Below, one piece after another: positions 50,790 to 63,930 of a DNA stretch of 64,000 nucleotides. The translations under genes were made by a program, and so were the position numbers. Source of the stretch: Mobula hypostoma (lineage: Eukaryota); contig NC_086097.1 in NCBI RefSeq assembly GCF_963921235.1, positions 222,086,001-222,150,000 of the forward strand, in the 5' to 3' direction. Under the pieces are notes generated by a model. That model had not been told where the DNA came from. It did no database searches and saw nothing but the letters and a program-made list of their open reading frames with translations. Each line of letters opens with the position of its first letter. Positions within the stretch are counted from its first letter, which is position 1.

Positions 50790-52146
50790 GTCTCAAAATT
50801 GTTGGAGAAGATCCTGAGAGGCAGAATTTATGAGCATTTGAAGAGACATAATCTGATTAGGAATTGCCAGCATGGCTTTGTCAAGGGCAGGTCGTGCCTT
50901 CCAAGCCTGATTGAATTCTTTGAGGATGTAACAAAACACATTGATGAAGGTAGAGCAATGGATGTAGTGTATATGGATTTCAGTAAAGCATTTGATAAGG
51001 TTCCCCATGCAAGGCTCTTTCAGAAAGTAAGGAGGCATGGGGTCCAAGAAGATCTTGCTTTGTGGATCCAGAGTTGGCTTGCCCTCAGGAGGCAAAGGGT
51101 GGTTGTAGTTGGTTCATATTCTGCATGGAGATCAGTGACCAGTGGTGTTCTGCAGGGATCTGTTCTGGGACCCCTCCTCTTTGTGATTTTTATAAATGAC
51201 CTGGATGAGGAAGTAGAAGGGTGGATTAGTAAGTTTACTGATGACACAAAGGTTGGGAGTGTTGTGGATAGTCTGAAGAGTTGTCAAAGGTTACAGCAAG
51301 ACATTGATAGGATGCAGAACTGGGCTGAGAAGTGGCAGATGGACTTCAACCCAGAGAAGTGTGAAGCGGTTCATTTTGGTAGGTCAAATATGAAGACAGA
51401 ATATAATATAAATGGTAAGACTCATGGCAGTGTGGAGGATCAAAGAGATCTTGGGGTCTGTATTGATAAGACACTTAAAGCTGCTGTGCGGGTTGACAGT
51501 GTTGTTAAGGTGTATGGTGTGTTGGCATTCATCAGTCATGGGATTGAGTTCAAGCGCTATGAGGTATTGTTCCGGCTATATAAGACCTTGGTCAGACCCC
51601 ACTTGGAGTACTGTGTTCAGATCTGGTCACCTCACTACAGGAAGGTTGTGGATACTATAGAGAGAGTGCAGAGGAGATTTACAAGGATGTTGCTGGATTA
51701 GAGGGCGTGCCTTGTGAGAATAGCTTGAGTGTACTTGGCTTTTTCTCCTTGGAGTGACAGAGGATGAGAGGTGACCTGATAGAGGTGTATAAGATGATGA
51801 GGGGCATTGACAGAGGCTTTTTCCCAGGGCTGAAATGGCTAACTTGAGGGGGCATAGTTTTAAGTTGCTTGGAAGTAGGTAGGGAGGGGATGTCAGGGGT
51901 AAGTTTTTCATACAGAGAGTGGTGGGTGTGTGGAATGCACGGCTGGCAGTGGCGGTGGTGGAAGCGGATACAATAGGGTCTTTTAAGAGCCTCTTAGATA
52001 GGTACATGGAGCTTAGAAAAATAGAGGACTATGCGCTAGGGAAATTCTAGGCAGTCTCTAGAGTAGGTTACATGGTCAACACAACATTGTGGGCCAAAGG
52101 GCCTGTAATGTGCTGTAGATTTCAATGTTTTATGTTTCTATGTTCA
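50790..52146 (+). mobile_element. CR1 LINE, RT to 3' tail
   Basis: 300-aa ORF 50799-51701 with RT motifs; (TTTCTATG)n tail. Confidence 0.95.
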
Positions 52147-52347
52147 AATGCTTTCTCTTTTAATTACTTATATTCACTTCTTTAAGCACAGCTGTTTAGT
52201 TTTGCAGTACAAGATTCATAGCTAGCCAAAAATAACTGAGCAGGCATCCACTTTTCCACAGAATCTTCCGGAAGGGCTCATCTCCTCTGAGGAAGTATCA
52301 CCACTGATTTCCATCAACTTCTGCAAAGCACTCGAAGGCCCCAGAAA

Positions 52348-52561
52348 CAAGAGAAAATCTGCAGATGCTGGAAATTCGAGCAACACTCAAAAAGTGATGG
52401 AGGAACTCAGCAGGCCAGGCAGCATCTATGGTAAAGAGTACACCTTCGACCTTTCGGGCCGTGTCCTGATGAAGGGCCTCGTTCCGAAATGTCAACTGTT
52501 TACTCTTTTCCATAGATGCTGTATGGCCTGCTGAGATCCTCCAGCATTTTGTGTGTGTTGC
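52348..52561. mobile_element. Penelope inverted pseudo-LTR mini-element with minimal hammerhead motif
   Basis: 13-bp TSD AAGGCCCCAGAAA (52335-52347, 52562-52574); about 75-bp inverted arms; CTGATGA-AGGGCCTCGTTCC-GAAA-TGTC at 52466-52493. Confidence 0.88.
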
Positions 52562-52924
52562 AAGGCCCCAGAAATATTCATTTAGTACTGTGTAGTTAGA
52601 GCCAGGCAACTTGTCATTTTGCAGTTGATTATATTTCACTTAAATAATTCAACGTGATGGTGGGCTGCTGACGCTAATTATATCAATTGACAACTGGGAG
52701 CTCACTGCCTCCCCAAACCCAAATGCCAGGAATGCCAGTCTTTCGGTGATATCTTTTTATTAGACATGAAAGATGGGAACCTATGAAGGCACATCCCCAG
52801 AGTTCTCTATACCTCTGGTGCTCTTTGATCTCTTCTTACAACAAGGGAAAGAGCAAAGCGAAGAATATGTATTTTGTAACATACACTATGTTTCACTGAT
52901 GATTTGAATATAACACATATCAAG

Positions 52925-53285
52925 ATAGGTTGTGCGAGTTAGGGTTTTTCTGTTTGGAATGAAGGAAAACGTGAGGTGTAAGAGACATAAGAGGCATAGA
53001 TAGGGAGGACATCATTTTAAGGTGTTTAGAGGAAAGCATGGGGGGATGAAGAGGTAAGTTCTTTACACAAAGAGTGGTGGGTGCATGGAACAGTCTTGCC
53101 AGGGGAATGTGGTAGAGGCAGACTCAATAGTGGCCTTTAAGAAATTCTTGAATCAGGAAATGGATGATAGAAAAATGAAGGGTTATATAGAAGGGAAGGG
53201 CTAGATTCATTTTAGAGCAAGTTAAAAGATCAGCACAACATTTTGGGCCAAAGGCCTGTACTGTGCTGCGATGTTCTATGTTCTG
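52925..53285 (+). mobile_element. CR1 3' end (decayed)
   Basis: 'FFTQRVVGAWN' and TTCTATG tail. Confidence 0.8.
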
Positions 53286-53317
53286 TGATATATAACACAG
53301 TTCAAATTTCAAACTGC

Positions 53318-54145
53318 AGAATCAGAAAATCAGAATTAGCATATATCATGAAATGTGTTGTCTATGCAGCAGCAGTGCAATGCAATACATAAAAATAGAA
53401 AAAAAAATGAAATACAGCAAAAGAATATATATACTTTATATTAAATAGTTGAATTAAATAAGCAGTACAAAAATAAATAAAAATAAAAATGTAGCGAGGC
53501 AGTATTCATTCTGAAATCAGATGAAGCTGTTCCTGAAATCCAAAGTAAATTTATTACTGAGGAATATATATGCCACCGTATACAACCTCGAGGTTCATTT
53601 TCTTGTGGACATACTTAATAAATAGAATAATAGAATAGTAACCATAACAGAATCAATGAAAGACCACTTGGACGTTCAACCAGTGTACAAAAGACAACGA
53701 ACACTGCAAATACAAAAAGAAAGAAATAATAGTAATAAATATCAAAGCAATAAATATTGAGAGCATGAAATGAAGAGTCCTTGAAAGTGAATCCATAGAT
53801 TGTGGAACATTTCAATGATGGGGCAAGTGAAGTTGAGTGAATTAATCCCTTTGATCCTAGAGCCTGTTGGTTGAGGAGTAATAACTGTTCTTGAACCTGG
53901 CGGTATGAGTCTTGAGGTTCCTGTACTCTCTTCCTAATGGCAGCAGCAAGAAGACAGCATGAACTGGATGGTGGGGGCCCCAATAATGGATGCTGCTCTC
54001 CTGTGGCAATGCTCCACGTAGAGGTGCTCAATGATGGGGGAAGGCTTTACCCATGATGGACTGAGCCGTGTCCACTACTTTTGTAGGGTTTTCTATTCAA
54101 GGGTACTCTATTCAAGTACATCAAAGTTTTAGATGTCATGCTAAG
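53318..54145 (-). mobile_element. Two adjacent Rex1-type 3' ends (53318-53538 and 53540-54145)
   Basis: (TTCTGA)n and TACTTTG tails; 'HAVFLLLPLGREYRNLKTHTARFKNSYYSSTNRL' read on the minus strand. Confidence 0.75.
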
Positions 54146-55149
54146 TCTCCCTCATTCCGAATGCCATTCCGAATCAGCACCTCCATTTCCTCCTATTGCT
54201 AGAAGTGCATTTCTCTGTAGTTCCCCTCAACCCCCAGTACTGCAATAAAAAAAAGTGGCACAATCTCTGCTCACCTCTAAACCATCAATTAACTTTCTTT
54301 TGCTTTGCTGAATTCAAACTCCTCTAAGTTGCAGCTTAAAAGTATCACAGCCGAGTTCACATGAGTCTTCAGTCCGCTACTGACCGACATACAGAATCTT
54401 TAGGTCCTACAAGTGATTTTGGATCCTTCCGCTCCCAATGCATTTCCTAGTAACTATCTAGTAATTTTATCTTTGTGAGTGTTGGTAGTAAAAGAGTTAA
54501 TTTTCTTTAATTCTGTGTGTGTGTGTCAGATTGCTCAGTGATCCTTAGGATTCCTTTATGTTTGCAGCAGGAAAAGCTCAGTTGCTAATAGGTTTTTATT
54601 ATAAAATAAATATAGCAGAACAGAAAGTGTTAACAAAGCTCTAGTTAATTTCCTGTATTAACCTCAGCAATATTGTGAATGATTAACTCTTGGGTGACTT
54701 TTAATTAACGTGTATTCATCCATGACATGAGCTGGCAGATGTTACCAGATGCCTATTGATCTTGGTTTTAAATTCTAAATCCAGGTTAAACAGAATTTTT
54801 TAAAAAGTTAGCGTACAATGATCCATTAATGCTTTATTTATGAGTACAATTAATTTTCAGCAATGACCGGAAAGAACAAATGGATGACATTATATCAAAA
54901 GTAGCAGCTTTATGGAGAGCTTTTACCATGCACTATTGCTTGTAACGCACAAGTGATCATTTGAGAATTTATCATCATCACCCTCACCTGCTTGACAGCA
55001 GTTCTGCGCAAATGAAACTCCTTACTTGTTTACCTCCCCACAGCAGGAAGTGCTATGATTTCAGAATGCTTTAGTGTGAATGTGATGCTCATTTAAAATA
55101 CACATGTTCATCTTTAGCCTGTGTGCTCTAAAATAATGAAGAGTGTGTT

Positions 55150-56362
55150 TCAGTGGGGAACAGGTGGACATTATTTACTTGGATTTCCAGAAGGCGTTCA
55201 ATAAGTTGCCACATAAAAAACCTATCCATAAGATAAGGATGCATAGAGTTGGGGATAATGTATTAGCATGGATGGTGGATTGGTTAAATAATAGAAAGCA
55301 GAGAGATGGGATACATAGGTACTACTCTGGTTGGCAATCAGTGGTGAGTGGTGTACCGCAGGGGTCGGTGCAGGGCCCGCAACTGTTCACGATATACATT
55401 AACGATCTGGAAGAGGGGACTGAGTGCAGTGTATCTAAGTTTGCTGATGATACTAAATTGAGCCGAAAAGCAAATTGTGCAGAGGATGTGGAGAGTCTGC
55501 AGAGAAATATAGATAGGTTAACTGAGTGGGCAATGGTCTGGCAGATGGGTTACAATGTTGGTAAATGCTAGGTCATCCACTTCAGAGGGGAAAATGAAAG
55601 AGAAGATTATTATTTAAATGGTAAACAATTGTAGCATGCTGCTGTGCAGAGAGACTTGGGAGTGCTTGTGCATGAATCACAAAAGGTTGGTTTGCAGGTG
55701 CAGCAGGCTGTCAAGAAGGCAAACAGAATGCTGGCCTGCATTGCTAGAGGGATTGATTTTAAGAGCAGGGAGGTTATGCTGCAACTGTACAGGGTACTGG
55801 TGAGGCTGCACCTGGAGTACTGAATGCAGTTCTGGTCTCCTTACTTGAGGAAGGATATTGTGGCTTTGGAGGAAGAGGAAATTCACCAGGTTGATTCCAG
55901 AGATGAGGGGGTTAAACTATGAGGAGAGATTGAGTCACCTGGGACGGTACTTGCTGGAATTCAGAAGAATGAGAGGAGATCTTATAGTAACATATAAAAT
56001 TATGAAAGGGATAGATAAGATAGCGGCAGAAAGTTGTTTCCACTGGTAGGTGAGACTAGAACCAAGAGACATAGCCTTAAGATTCGGGGGAGTAGATTTA
56101 GGATGGAGATGAGGAGGAACTGCTTTTCCCAGAGAATGATGAATCTCTGGAATTCTCTGCCCAATGAAGCAGTGGAGACACCTCGGTAAGTATATTTAAG
56201 ACAAGGTTGGATAGATTTTTGCTTAGAATGGGAATTAAGGGTTATGGGGGAAAGGCAGGTAGGTGGAGATGAGTCCATGGTAGATCAGGCAGGATCCTAT
56301 AGAATGGCAGAGCAGGCTCGACGGGCCAGATGGCCTACTCCCACTCCTATTTCTTATGTCCT
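55150..56362 (+). mobile_element. CR1 LINE, RT to 3' tail
   Basis: ORF 55143-55571 'YLDFQKAF...GVPQGSV.GP...KFADDTKL'; terminal stem-loop and TCTTATG tail. Confidence 0.92.
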
Positions 56363-57004
56363 AAAGTTCAGGTGAAACAGAATCTAATTACCTAGCATAA
56401 TTGGATGACAGTGTACATTTTTAAATATTCAGTCTGTGTTCATTTCTACACTTGTTTTATAAGTTCTCTTTTTACAGTTCACACCAGAAAGTACATACAC
56501 AGTGAAAGCCTTCAAAATTCATCAGTGTAGTAGCCAGCAATGTAAATTAGTCATCAGGCAATTGCATTTTCCTGCTGCCAAAAAGCACTCTAATGGATTC
56601 AGAAATAGCGTGACAGGATTACATAGGGCACCTTCCATTACAATTGTTGACATACTGTAAGTATTTACAACAGTAATTTGCCCAAATTCTTTTATCATTA
56701 TTATATGGTAATGAGTCATAGATAGGGCAGGAGTGCAGCTTGTAAAGTGGTGCACTCCTTCAACCCTTCACCGATAGTCTCTATTGCATAAACTTAAAAC
56801 TATCAATACATGTTGAAAGCTCCTTATCCACTACGAGAGGTCATAAACAAGAGATCCGAAGAATCAATGAGAAGGCTTCAATTTTTTCCACTGTAGCTTT
56901 GAGTACATCTTGAAATATTTTTTCTCTCTTCCCCTGACAAAGCTAGGAACGGAGTGTTTGTTAAAATCAGACATATCACCAGCATAGCCTGGCCAAAAGG
57001 GCTA

Positions 57005-57320
57005 GCTAGATGTAGCAAGTGATGAGAATGTTGGGATAAGAGAGAAAATTGGGATTAGTTTATTTAGAATTTCAATTAATTTAAAGGATTTTGCTGAGGT
57101 AGTTTTGTTGGCATCTTTCCATTGCTTTGTGGTGCCTGCTATAGGCAGCCCAGGTCTCAGAAGCATACAGGAAGACAGGAATTCTTCTGATAATAGACTA
57201 TGTGCATCCACAAAGCCCGAAGCCTTGATTGTTAAATATTCTGTACTGATTTGGACAGTGATGTTGTATACCAGAAGACCTTTATCTTACGGATGTTGAG
57301 TGTCAGACCCATCATCTCAA
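57005..57320 (-). mobile_element. Old RTE RT C-terminal remnant
   Basis: Frame-shifted 'IPVFLYASETWAAYSRHHKAMERCQQNYLSKIL'. Confidence 0.65.
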
Positions 57321-57618
57321 TGCATCTGTGAAAAAGTTAGTAATGAACTGGAGTTCAACTTTGCAGCTCACACATCATCTGTATAATTGATGTTCAGTTA
57401 GCTATGTTTCTGGAATTGCCACAGGCTGAGCAGTTTCCCCTTCTGTTCCCCTTCTGTTCTGTTCAGAACAGTTCTGAAGGAGGCCACTGAAAATGATTTC
57501 CATTTTGGTGGACCACTATAGTTACCACAGTTGGAATTATCCCTTTTCTTGAAGATAGGCAGGACTGTGGCATCTCTAAAATATCCTGGAATATCATTAT
57601 CTTCACAGATTGAACAAT

Positions 57619-58212
57619 GATTAGTTTAGATTAGATTATGAGGACACTCAGTCCTCGTTTATTGTCATTTAGAAATGCATGCATTAAAAAATGATACAAT
57701 GTTCCTCTGGTATGATATCACAGAAACACAGACCATGGGCACGGTAAAAAAAAAGTCTCAAGTCTCGATAGCCCCAACATCTCACGCAGACAGTGAAAGG
57801 AAGAAACTCTCCCTGCCATGAGCTTCGAGCGCCGCAAACTTGCCGATGCAGCATCCCGGAATCTCCCGACCACAGTCCGACTCTGAGTCCGTCCAAAAAC
57901 TTCAAGCCTCTGACTAGCCCTCCGACACTGAGCACCGAGCACCATCTCTGCCGACCGCTTCGATCCCGGCCCCGGCCGCCAAGCAACTGGCAAAGCCCAG
58001 GATTCGGGGCCTTCTCTCCGGAGATTTCGGATCACACAGTAGCAGCGGCAACGAAGCAGGCATTTCAGAAGTTTCACCAGATGTTCCTCCGTGCTCTCAC
58101 GTCTGTCTCCATCAAATCAGAATTGTGCACGGCATTCTACTTGACAGATTACAGATATTCATCACTGGAGAGGCCGCGCGCACTGCGTCGTGCCGCCATC
58201 TTCTCCTCCTCC
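57619..58212 (-). mobile_element. Non-coding non-autonomous retroelement, copy 3
   Basis: Same family as 28423-29028; starts GGAGGAGGAGAAGATGGCGGC; (TAATC)n tail. Confidence 0.85.
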
Positions 58213-59103
58213 CGATATTGTAGATTTGTGATTGAAGCTCTTCATTCTCAACTTTTAATGCTTCATCAGGGATACCATCATCTCCCAAAACCTTAATAGT
58301 GTTTTATTTAGGATACAAACTTTTCAACTTATTGTTAGTCCAGAGTGACAGCATGGTTGGACCAAATAGGCTTCTGTGGGATGTGGTGAAAGATAGAGTT
58401 GTACCTGAGGAGGCCTTCAAAGTAATTTCTCTTAGTATACATAGCCTTTTATTCATGAAATGCTGACCTCAGTACTTGGCTGTCAGCAGGGTGGGAACTT
58501 GAAGCTTGTATCATAAGTGGCCTTGGCAGTGCTAAAGAGCTGCTCACATCAGAGCTGCCAGTGAGATGCAGAGCCTCCCACACTCTTTCTTTGGGTCGCA
58601 GCTTGTCTGTTGGCAATTTACATTCAATTGCCTGTGAGGATGTTTCTTTTCTCTTGAGGAATGGAAGAACTCAAAATCTAGGAGCATCTTATGCTGTGGT
58701 TAATTAAGTCCTCAGTCTTCTGATCGTTCTAATCAGATCAGTCCTTGTTCTCCTGGATAGAGAAACTAAGTGGTTTTTCAGAGGGCTCAGTACGGGTCAT
58801 ATACAGTGTATGCATTGTGGCTTTTGTGGGCGGGGAGTTGTTAAGCTGATTGTGAGGCTTTGTCTGAAAAGAGTCAACTTTATGGTATCTTATGGAGCAA
58901 CGTGAATGATCTTGTGACAACATTTCTGCTGCTGGTGTTTTTGAGCCGGGTCAATGGAGGTAATAGCACATATTAGGTGGTGGACGTTCCTGCAGTCATT
59001 AACACATATCAGAGTTATTTTGGACATCCTTGTGGAATCTCACCCACACAATAACATAATCTAACATTCCAGTGCATGGACTGGCAGTGTTGCCATAAGT
59101 GTT

Positions 59104-59340
59104 CAATAGACAATGGACAATAGACACAGGTGTAGGAGTAGGCCATTCGGCCCTTCGAGCCAGCACCGCCATTCACTGTGATCATGGCTGATCATCCACA
59201 ATCAGTACCTCGTTCCTGCCTTCTCCCCATATCTCTTGATTCCGCTATCATTAAGAGCTCTATCTAACTCTTTCTTGAAAGCATCCAGAGAATTGGCCTC
59301 CACTGCATTCTGAGGCAGAGCATTCCACAGATCCACAACT
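59104..59340 (-). mobile_element. CR1 3' end
   Basis: (TCTATTG)n tail; same subfamily as 41331-43707. Confidence 0.88.
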
Positions 59341-59581
59341 GCTTGTTCATCTGCTTGTCCCTTTAGGTATGATTTATGGCAAAAAAAAATGCTCCAAGTA
59401 TTTTGTTGAGAGAAGAACCCAAACTTGCTGTTCATTAAGCAACCTAATTTTCGAGAGAACTAATGTGAAATTTCTTAGGTTAACTACAGCAAATAGTTAT
59501 GTTTGCACCTCAGAAGGAGCAAAACCCTATAGCTAGATACAAAGACATATTATAGTGTAAAGTTGCATTTAAAAATTATAA

Positions 59582-59720
59582 ACTCATGAGATTTGGCAGA
59601 TACTAGAAATCCTGAGTAACACATAAAAATGCTGGAGGAACTCAGCAGGTCAGGCAGCATTTATGGAAAAGGTAAACAGTTGGCGTTTTGGGCCAAGACA
59701 CTTCGTCGGGACCTGATGAA
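59582..59720. mobile_element. Penelope pseudo-LTR with decayed hammerhead motif
   Basis: pLTR motifs ending CTTCGTCGGGAC-CTGATGAA (start of an inverted copy); AAAAATTAT occurs on both flanks. Confidence 0.7.
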
Positions 59721-60466
59721 TAATTAAAAAATTATTACGATCTATTCTAATAAGGAAGGGTTCTACTTGTTTGGCAACTGTGAGATGGTATAAATGACAA
59801 TGGTTTGCATTTCCCAAAATGAATAGTAATGACTCATTAAAAAAGAAATTTGATAGTATGACATCAATTGTTCAGAATGTCAATATATGGACTTTGTTTT
59901 ATCTCAGGTGGTTGAGGAACTGAGTGAATTCATAAATCTAGTTGAAGTGATATTGCATTATAGTGTTGCCAGACTAATTTACTCTTTATTACTTCAGAAA
60001 TAGGATATAAAAATCATTATATTAAGGTAATTTTAATTTAAGTGTTATGATCATTGATTACATTTACATGATTTCACAAAGAGCTGAATAATTCAAATTT
60101 ATTCAATGACGGAAACATAATTGAATAAATGTATTGTTTTACAAACGTGAGGTCAGCTAGATTTAGGTATATCTTATGGACTGGTGAACCTGAATTTGTT
60201 TTTGCTTGGGACAGAGGAGTTTAAGCAAAATGTGAAAAAAGAACATTAAATTGTGAAGGGTCTAAATAGACCAGATGGATAGAAACAGTTCCCAGCAGCA
60301 GAACACTTGACAACCAGAGGACAGAAAGTGAAGATGGTTGACCAAGGCAAAACGTGGTTATACATTTGGAATGCTGAGAATGCACTGACTTCATGGATTG
60401 TGGGTGGGTGAGGATGCTTCTGGAGGCAGAGTTATTCCAGTTGGTCAAAAAGGTTTGTAGGAAAAG

Positions 60467-60745
60467 TTCACATTCAGATGCATTTATTTATCACATGTAC
60501 AATCAAAACATACAGTAAAATGTATTGGGAGAAGCCCGCAAGTGTCATCTCACATTCCAGTGCCAACATAGCATGCCCACAATGTTCCACAGAACAACAC
60601 AAGCAGCAACAAACAGCAACAAAACAGAACAAGACAACAGGAAAAGAAGCCCATTTCACATCCTCCCCACACCCGCCCTCTCGCCTACCAAATTGGAGAG
60701 TGGAAACAGCTGGACTGCTTCTGCACAGAGACAGCAATAGACCAA
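60467..60745 (-). mobile_element. SINE-like element sharing its 3' tail with the V-SINE at 19642-20705
   Basis: CACATGTAC..TCAAAACATACAGT and GCCCGCAAGTGTC...CCAGTGCCAACATAGCATGCCCACAA match that SINE's 3' part. Confidence 0.6.
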
Positions 60746-60754
60746 ACGGCATTC

Positions 60755-61880
60755 TGCTCAAGTCTCCGTATGCACAGGGCTGTGTGGCTAAGTACAGCTC
60801 TAATGCCATCCTCAAATTGACCAACAGCACTGCTATCATTGGACAAATCACAGGTGGTGATGGGAAGCAAGACAGATTTCTTGGTTTATGGTGGCACAAA
60901 AACCACTTCTTGCTCAACTTCAACAAAACTAAAGAGCTGATGGTTGACTTCAGGCAGGGGAGGAGGGCAAACATATGCCGGATTACATTGGGAGATTGGT
61001 GGTGGAGAGAGTCAACAGCTTTAACTTGCCAGGTATTAACATATTGGGTGACCTGTCCTAGACCCAGCACATTAATGCAATCATAAGGAACACGCACCAG
61101 TGTCTGTCCTTTCTTTGGAGATTAATGAGGTTGGAAGTATCCTGACTGGTTGCATCATGGTTTGGTACAGCAAGTTGAGTGCAGAGGAATGTAAGAAGCT
61201 GCAGAGGAGAGTAGGCTCTGCCTGGTATATCATAGGTATATCCCTCCCCACGGCTGGCAGCACCTTCAAGAAGGCAGCATCCGTATCAAAGATCTCCGCC
61301 ATCTTGTCTCATCAGGCAGGAGGTAGACAAGCCTGAAATCCCACAACACCAGGCTCAAAGACAACTACTTCCCTTCAACTAATCAGTTCCTGAACCAACT
61401 GGCAAAAACGCTAATCACTACAGTTTAGCAAAACTATGACCACTTTTGCACTAAAAAAAAATTGTTGTTTTTGTTCTAAATGTGTTTTCTTGTAAAAATT
61501 CTATATTGTTTATGTGCACTTGCTTTTCTTCTGAATGCTGCTTAGATGATACTGGCGGTCTCTGCAAGCGTCGTGGGACGTGTTGGGCAGGACAAGACAC
61601 AGAAGGCGTGCTGGTCATCCACTGAGCCTAGTCCCATCTCCAGTCGTCTCGACTCTGTCTTGCCACTGGATCCAGATGGGAATTGGGAAGAGAGAGTGAG
61701 GTACACGCTGCGCAACTCTCCCTCACTTAAATCCAAATTACGCGCTAGTCTCAACACCATCATAATGGTGTCGAGGTCCTCATCGGCGACGATGGACGAA
61801 CACAAAAGATCATACTGTAAGTAGGTTTTTCATTGCACCTATGCATACCTGTGCATGTGACAATAAACTCAGCTTTGACT
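60755..61880 (+). mobile_element. Rex1/Babar 3' region (decayed), with a nested RTE-like SINE in its 3' UTR
   Basis: 'CVAKYSSNAILK', 'LNFNKTKELMVDFR', 'SILTGCIMVWY...KKLQR'; AATAAA plus (CTTTGA)n tail at about 61862-61884. Confidence 0.8.
61554..61803 (+). mobile_element. 5'-truncated copy of the 621-1194 retroelement
   Basis: High identity to 931-1180; near-TSD AGATGATACT / AGATCATACT on the flanks. Confidence 0.88.
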
Positions 61881-62244
61881 TTGAACTATGATAAGCTTGT
61901 CTGTTTGTGAGATGTGAGAAAAGACATGAACATCCAAAGAGGATCCACAGTTACTGGGAAAATATTCAAAATCCAATCTATTGCAATTTTTTACTCGACT
62001 TCTGTTTTGTGCGGAAACGATGATTAATATACTGTCAACATTAAATATAGTAGCAGTTAAATTATTCATACAGCTATCCAAAATAAGTGCACAAATACCT
62101 ATAATGACACAAATAATATAACTGCAAATAACTTCAAATTAAATAATCCACATTAGCAGGAGAGTTGGAGAACAGAAAGCATGTTTTCAGACCACATTAC
62201 TGCATTGAAAACTGACTGACAGTAAATACTCTGATGAGGTTTCC

Positions 62245-62360
62245 CATGGGGAAAAGGTGAATAGTTGGAGATGAGTCTATGGTCAGATCAGCCATGATCT
62301 TATTGAATAGTGGAGCAGGCTTAACAGGCCAGATGGCCTACTCCTGGTCCTGTTCTCATG
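62245..62360 (+). mobile_element. CR1 extreme 3' end
   Basis: TCAGCCATGATCTTATTGAAT...GGCCTACTCCTG terminal motif. Confidence 0.75.
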
Positions 62361-63930
62361 AGGTTTCCCAGAAACAGTTTAAGAGGTTATCAATTTACAA
62401 ATCATGCAGAATAAAAAGAAAATTAGTTTAAGTTATGTAATCTGAAGAAACTAGATGAACAATTATTTTAAATTTGTTCTGCTTAATCCTTGATGGCAAT
62501 GGTTTTATGTGATGTTATATATTTTGAACCCTATTTTCTGATCAAAAGTAATATTGTGAAGCACTTGCTGTTCCAGATTCATTGCTCTTTGCTCATTGAC
62601 CTAACTATAAGTTTTTTTGATAAATTGATTTGAAAGTTGTAATGTAGAAATACTGTTAGCAGACTTACCACATGAATGTTTAATATCTATTTTAGGAGAA
62701 CACCATTAAAATAATGGAGAGAGGAATTTGATAGGAATGCATTAAGAATTCATATTCAATACTGGCAAGATATTTCCACCCTTAACTCTATTAATTTTAG
62801 ATCAGCTGAAAACAAGAGGACTCCTTGACTATGTAGGGCTGGAAATTCTATCATGTATTACAATATTTTTATACAATTCATGATAGAAGCTTATATAAAA
62901 ATTGCAACATAACGCAGAAAACTGAGATGTATTGCAGTGACATCACCTGCCATGTGATGAACGTATTGCAATCATGAAAATGAAATGAAAATGAGTGTTC
63001 TTTTACTAGTGTAAGGCCTGAAAACAAGATCAAGCTTTAACAAAGGGGACATGAGTTAAGAAAAATGTAAATTAAAGGATTTACCCCATTCCCTGGTCTG
63101 AGGCTGTGACTTAATTTCTGCCAGATGGTCCTGAAGCCATCTATATGTTGGAGGTTGTCCATTCACAAGAATTGCTTTCTAAGGTGAACCCTTTTTGGGG
63201 TACAATATCTATTGAATATTGGAAGCAACTTCCACCTGTCGCTCGAGGGCAAACTGGACATAGACTTTTTAAAGAGGAACCCTATTTGGAATTCATCATT
63301 TAAAGAATTTCTGTTATGGTGGAAGAACACCAATACATATTTTATGTACGATTATACACAGGAGAATCAGATTTTGTGATTTAATATTCACTCCACTCAA
63401 TGGATATGAAGAAACAAATGCCACTTCCATGTGTGCTTTTACATCCTGAAGGATTTCTAGACTGGTTTTCCTGTATGCACGTTTACTGCTCTTCTACCAG
63501 AGTTGTGAATTTTGACTGAATTAATAACGCTGGTTTATTGGCCTGATGGCTATGAGAAGACCACAGTGATTGTCAGCTTAGCTGAAGCATACCACCAAAT
63601 ATAGCTGCAGGGCCTCTGGAAATTTTTGTATTTGGATTGTGGACCAGCTGAGTTGTGGTGATGCATGGAAGGAGAGGCTGTGGGGAATGAGATGTCACAG
63701 GGGCAGGAGTGGTGCCATGGAATTATTGATCAGAAGTGGGAAGAGGTCAATTTTTTTTTGTAAGATGAGTGGAGAGAGGAAGAATATTACAGTTCCCTCA
63801 AGGATGTATGTTTAGCCCATTGCTCTAGTTTCTATACACCCACAACTGTATGGCTAGGCACAGCTCAAAAAGCATTTACAAATTTATCAATGACACAACT
63901 ATTATTGCAAAACTTCAGATGGTGTTGAAG

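Noticed and set aside
50799..51701. 300-aa RT ORF (also 30596-31387 and 42145-43683) as a domesticated gene or prokaryotic RT system
   Set aside because: Ordinary 5'-truncated CR1 ORF2 pieces with adjacent stops or frameshifts and CR1 tails.
63115..63305. About 60-codon open frame 'DGPEAIYMLEVVHSQELLSK...' after a weak acceptor
   Set aside because: No recognised homology and weak splice signals; such a length can occur by chance.
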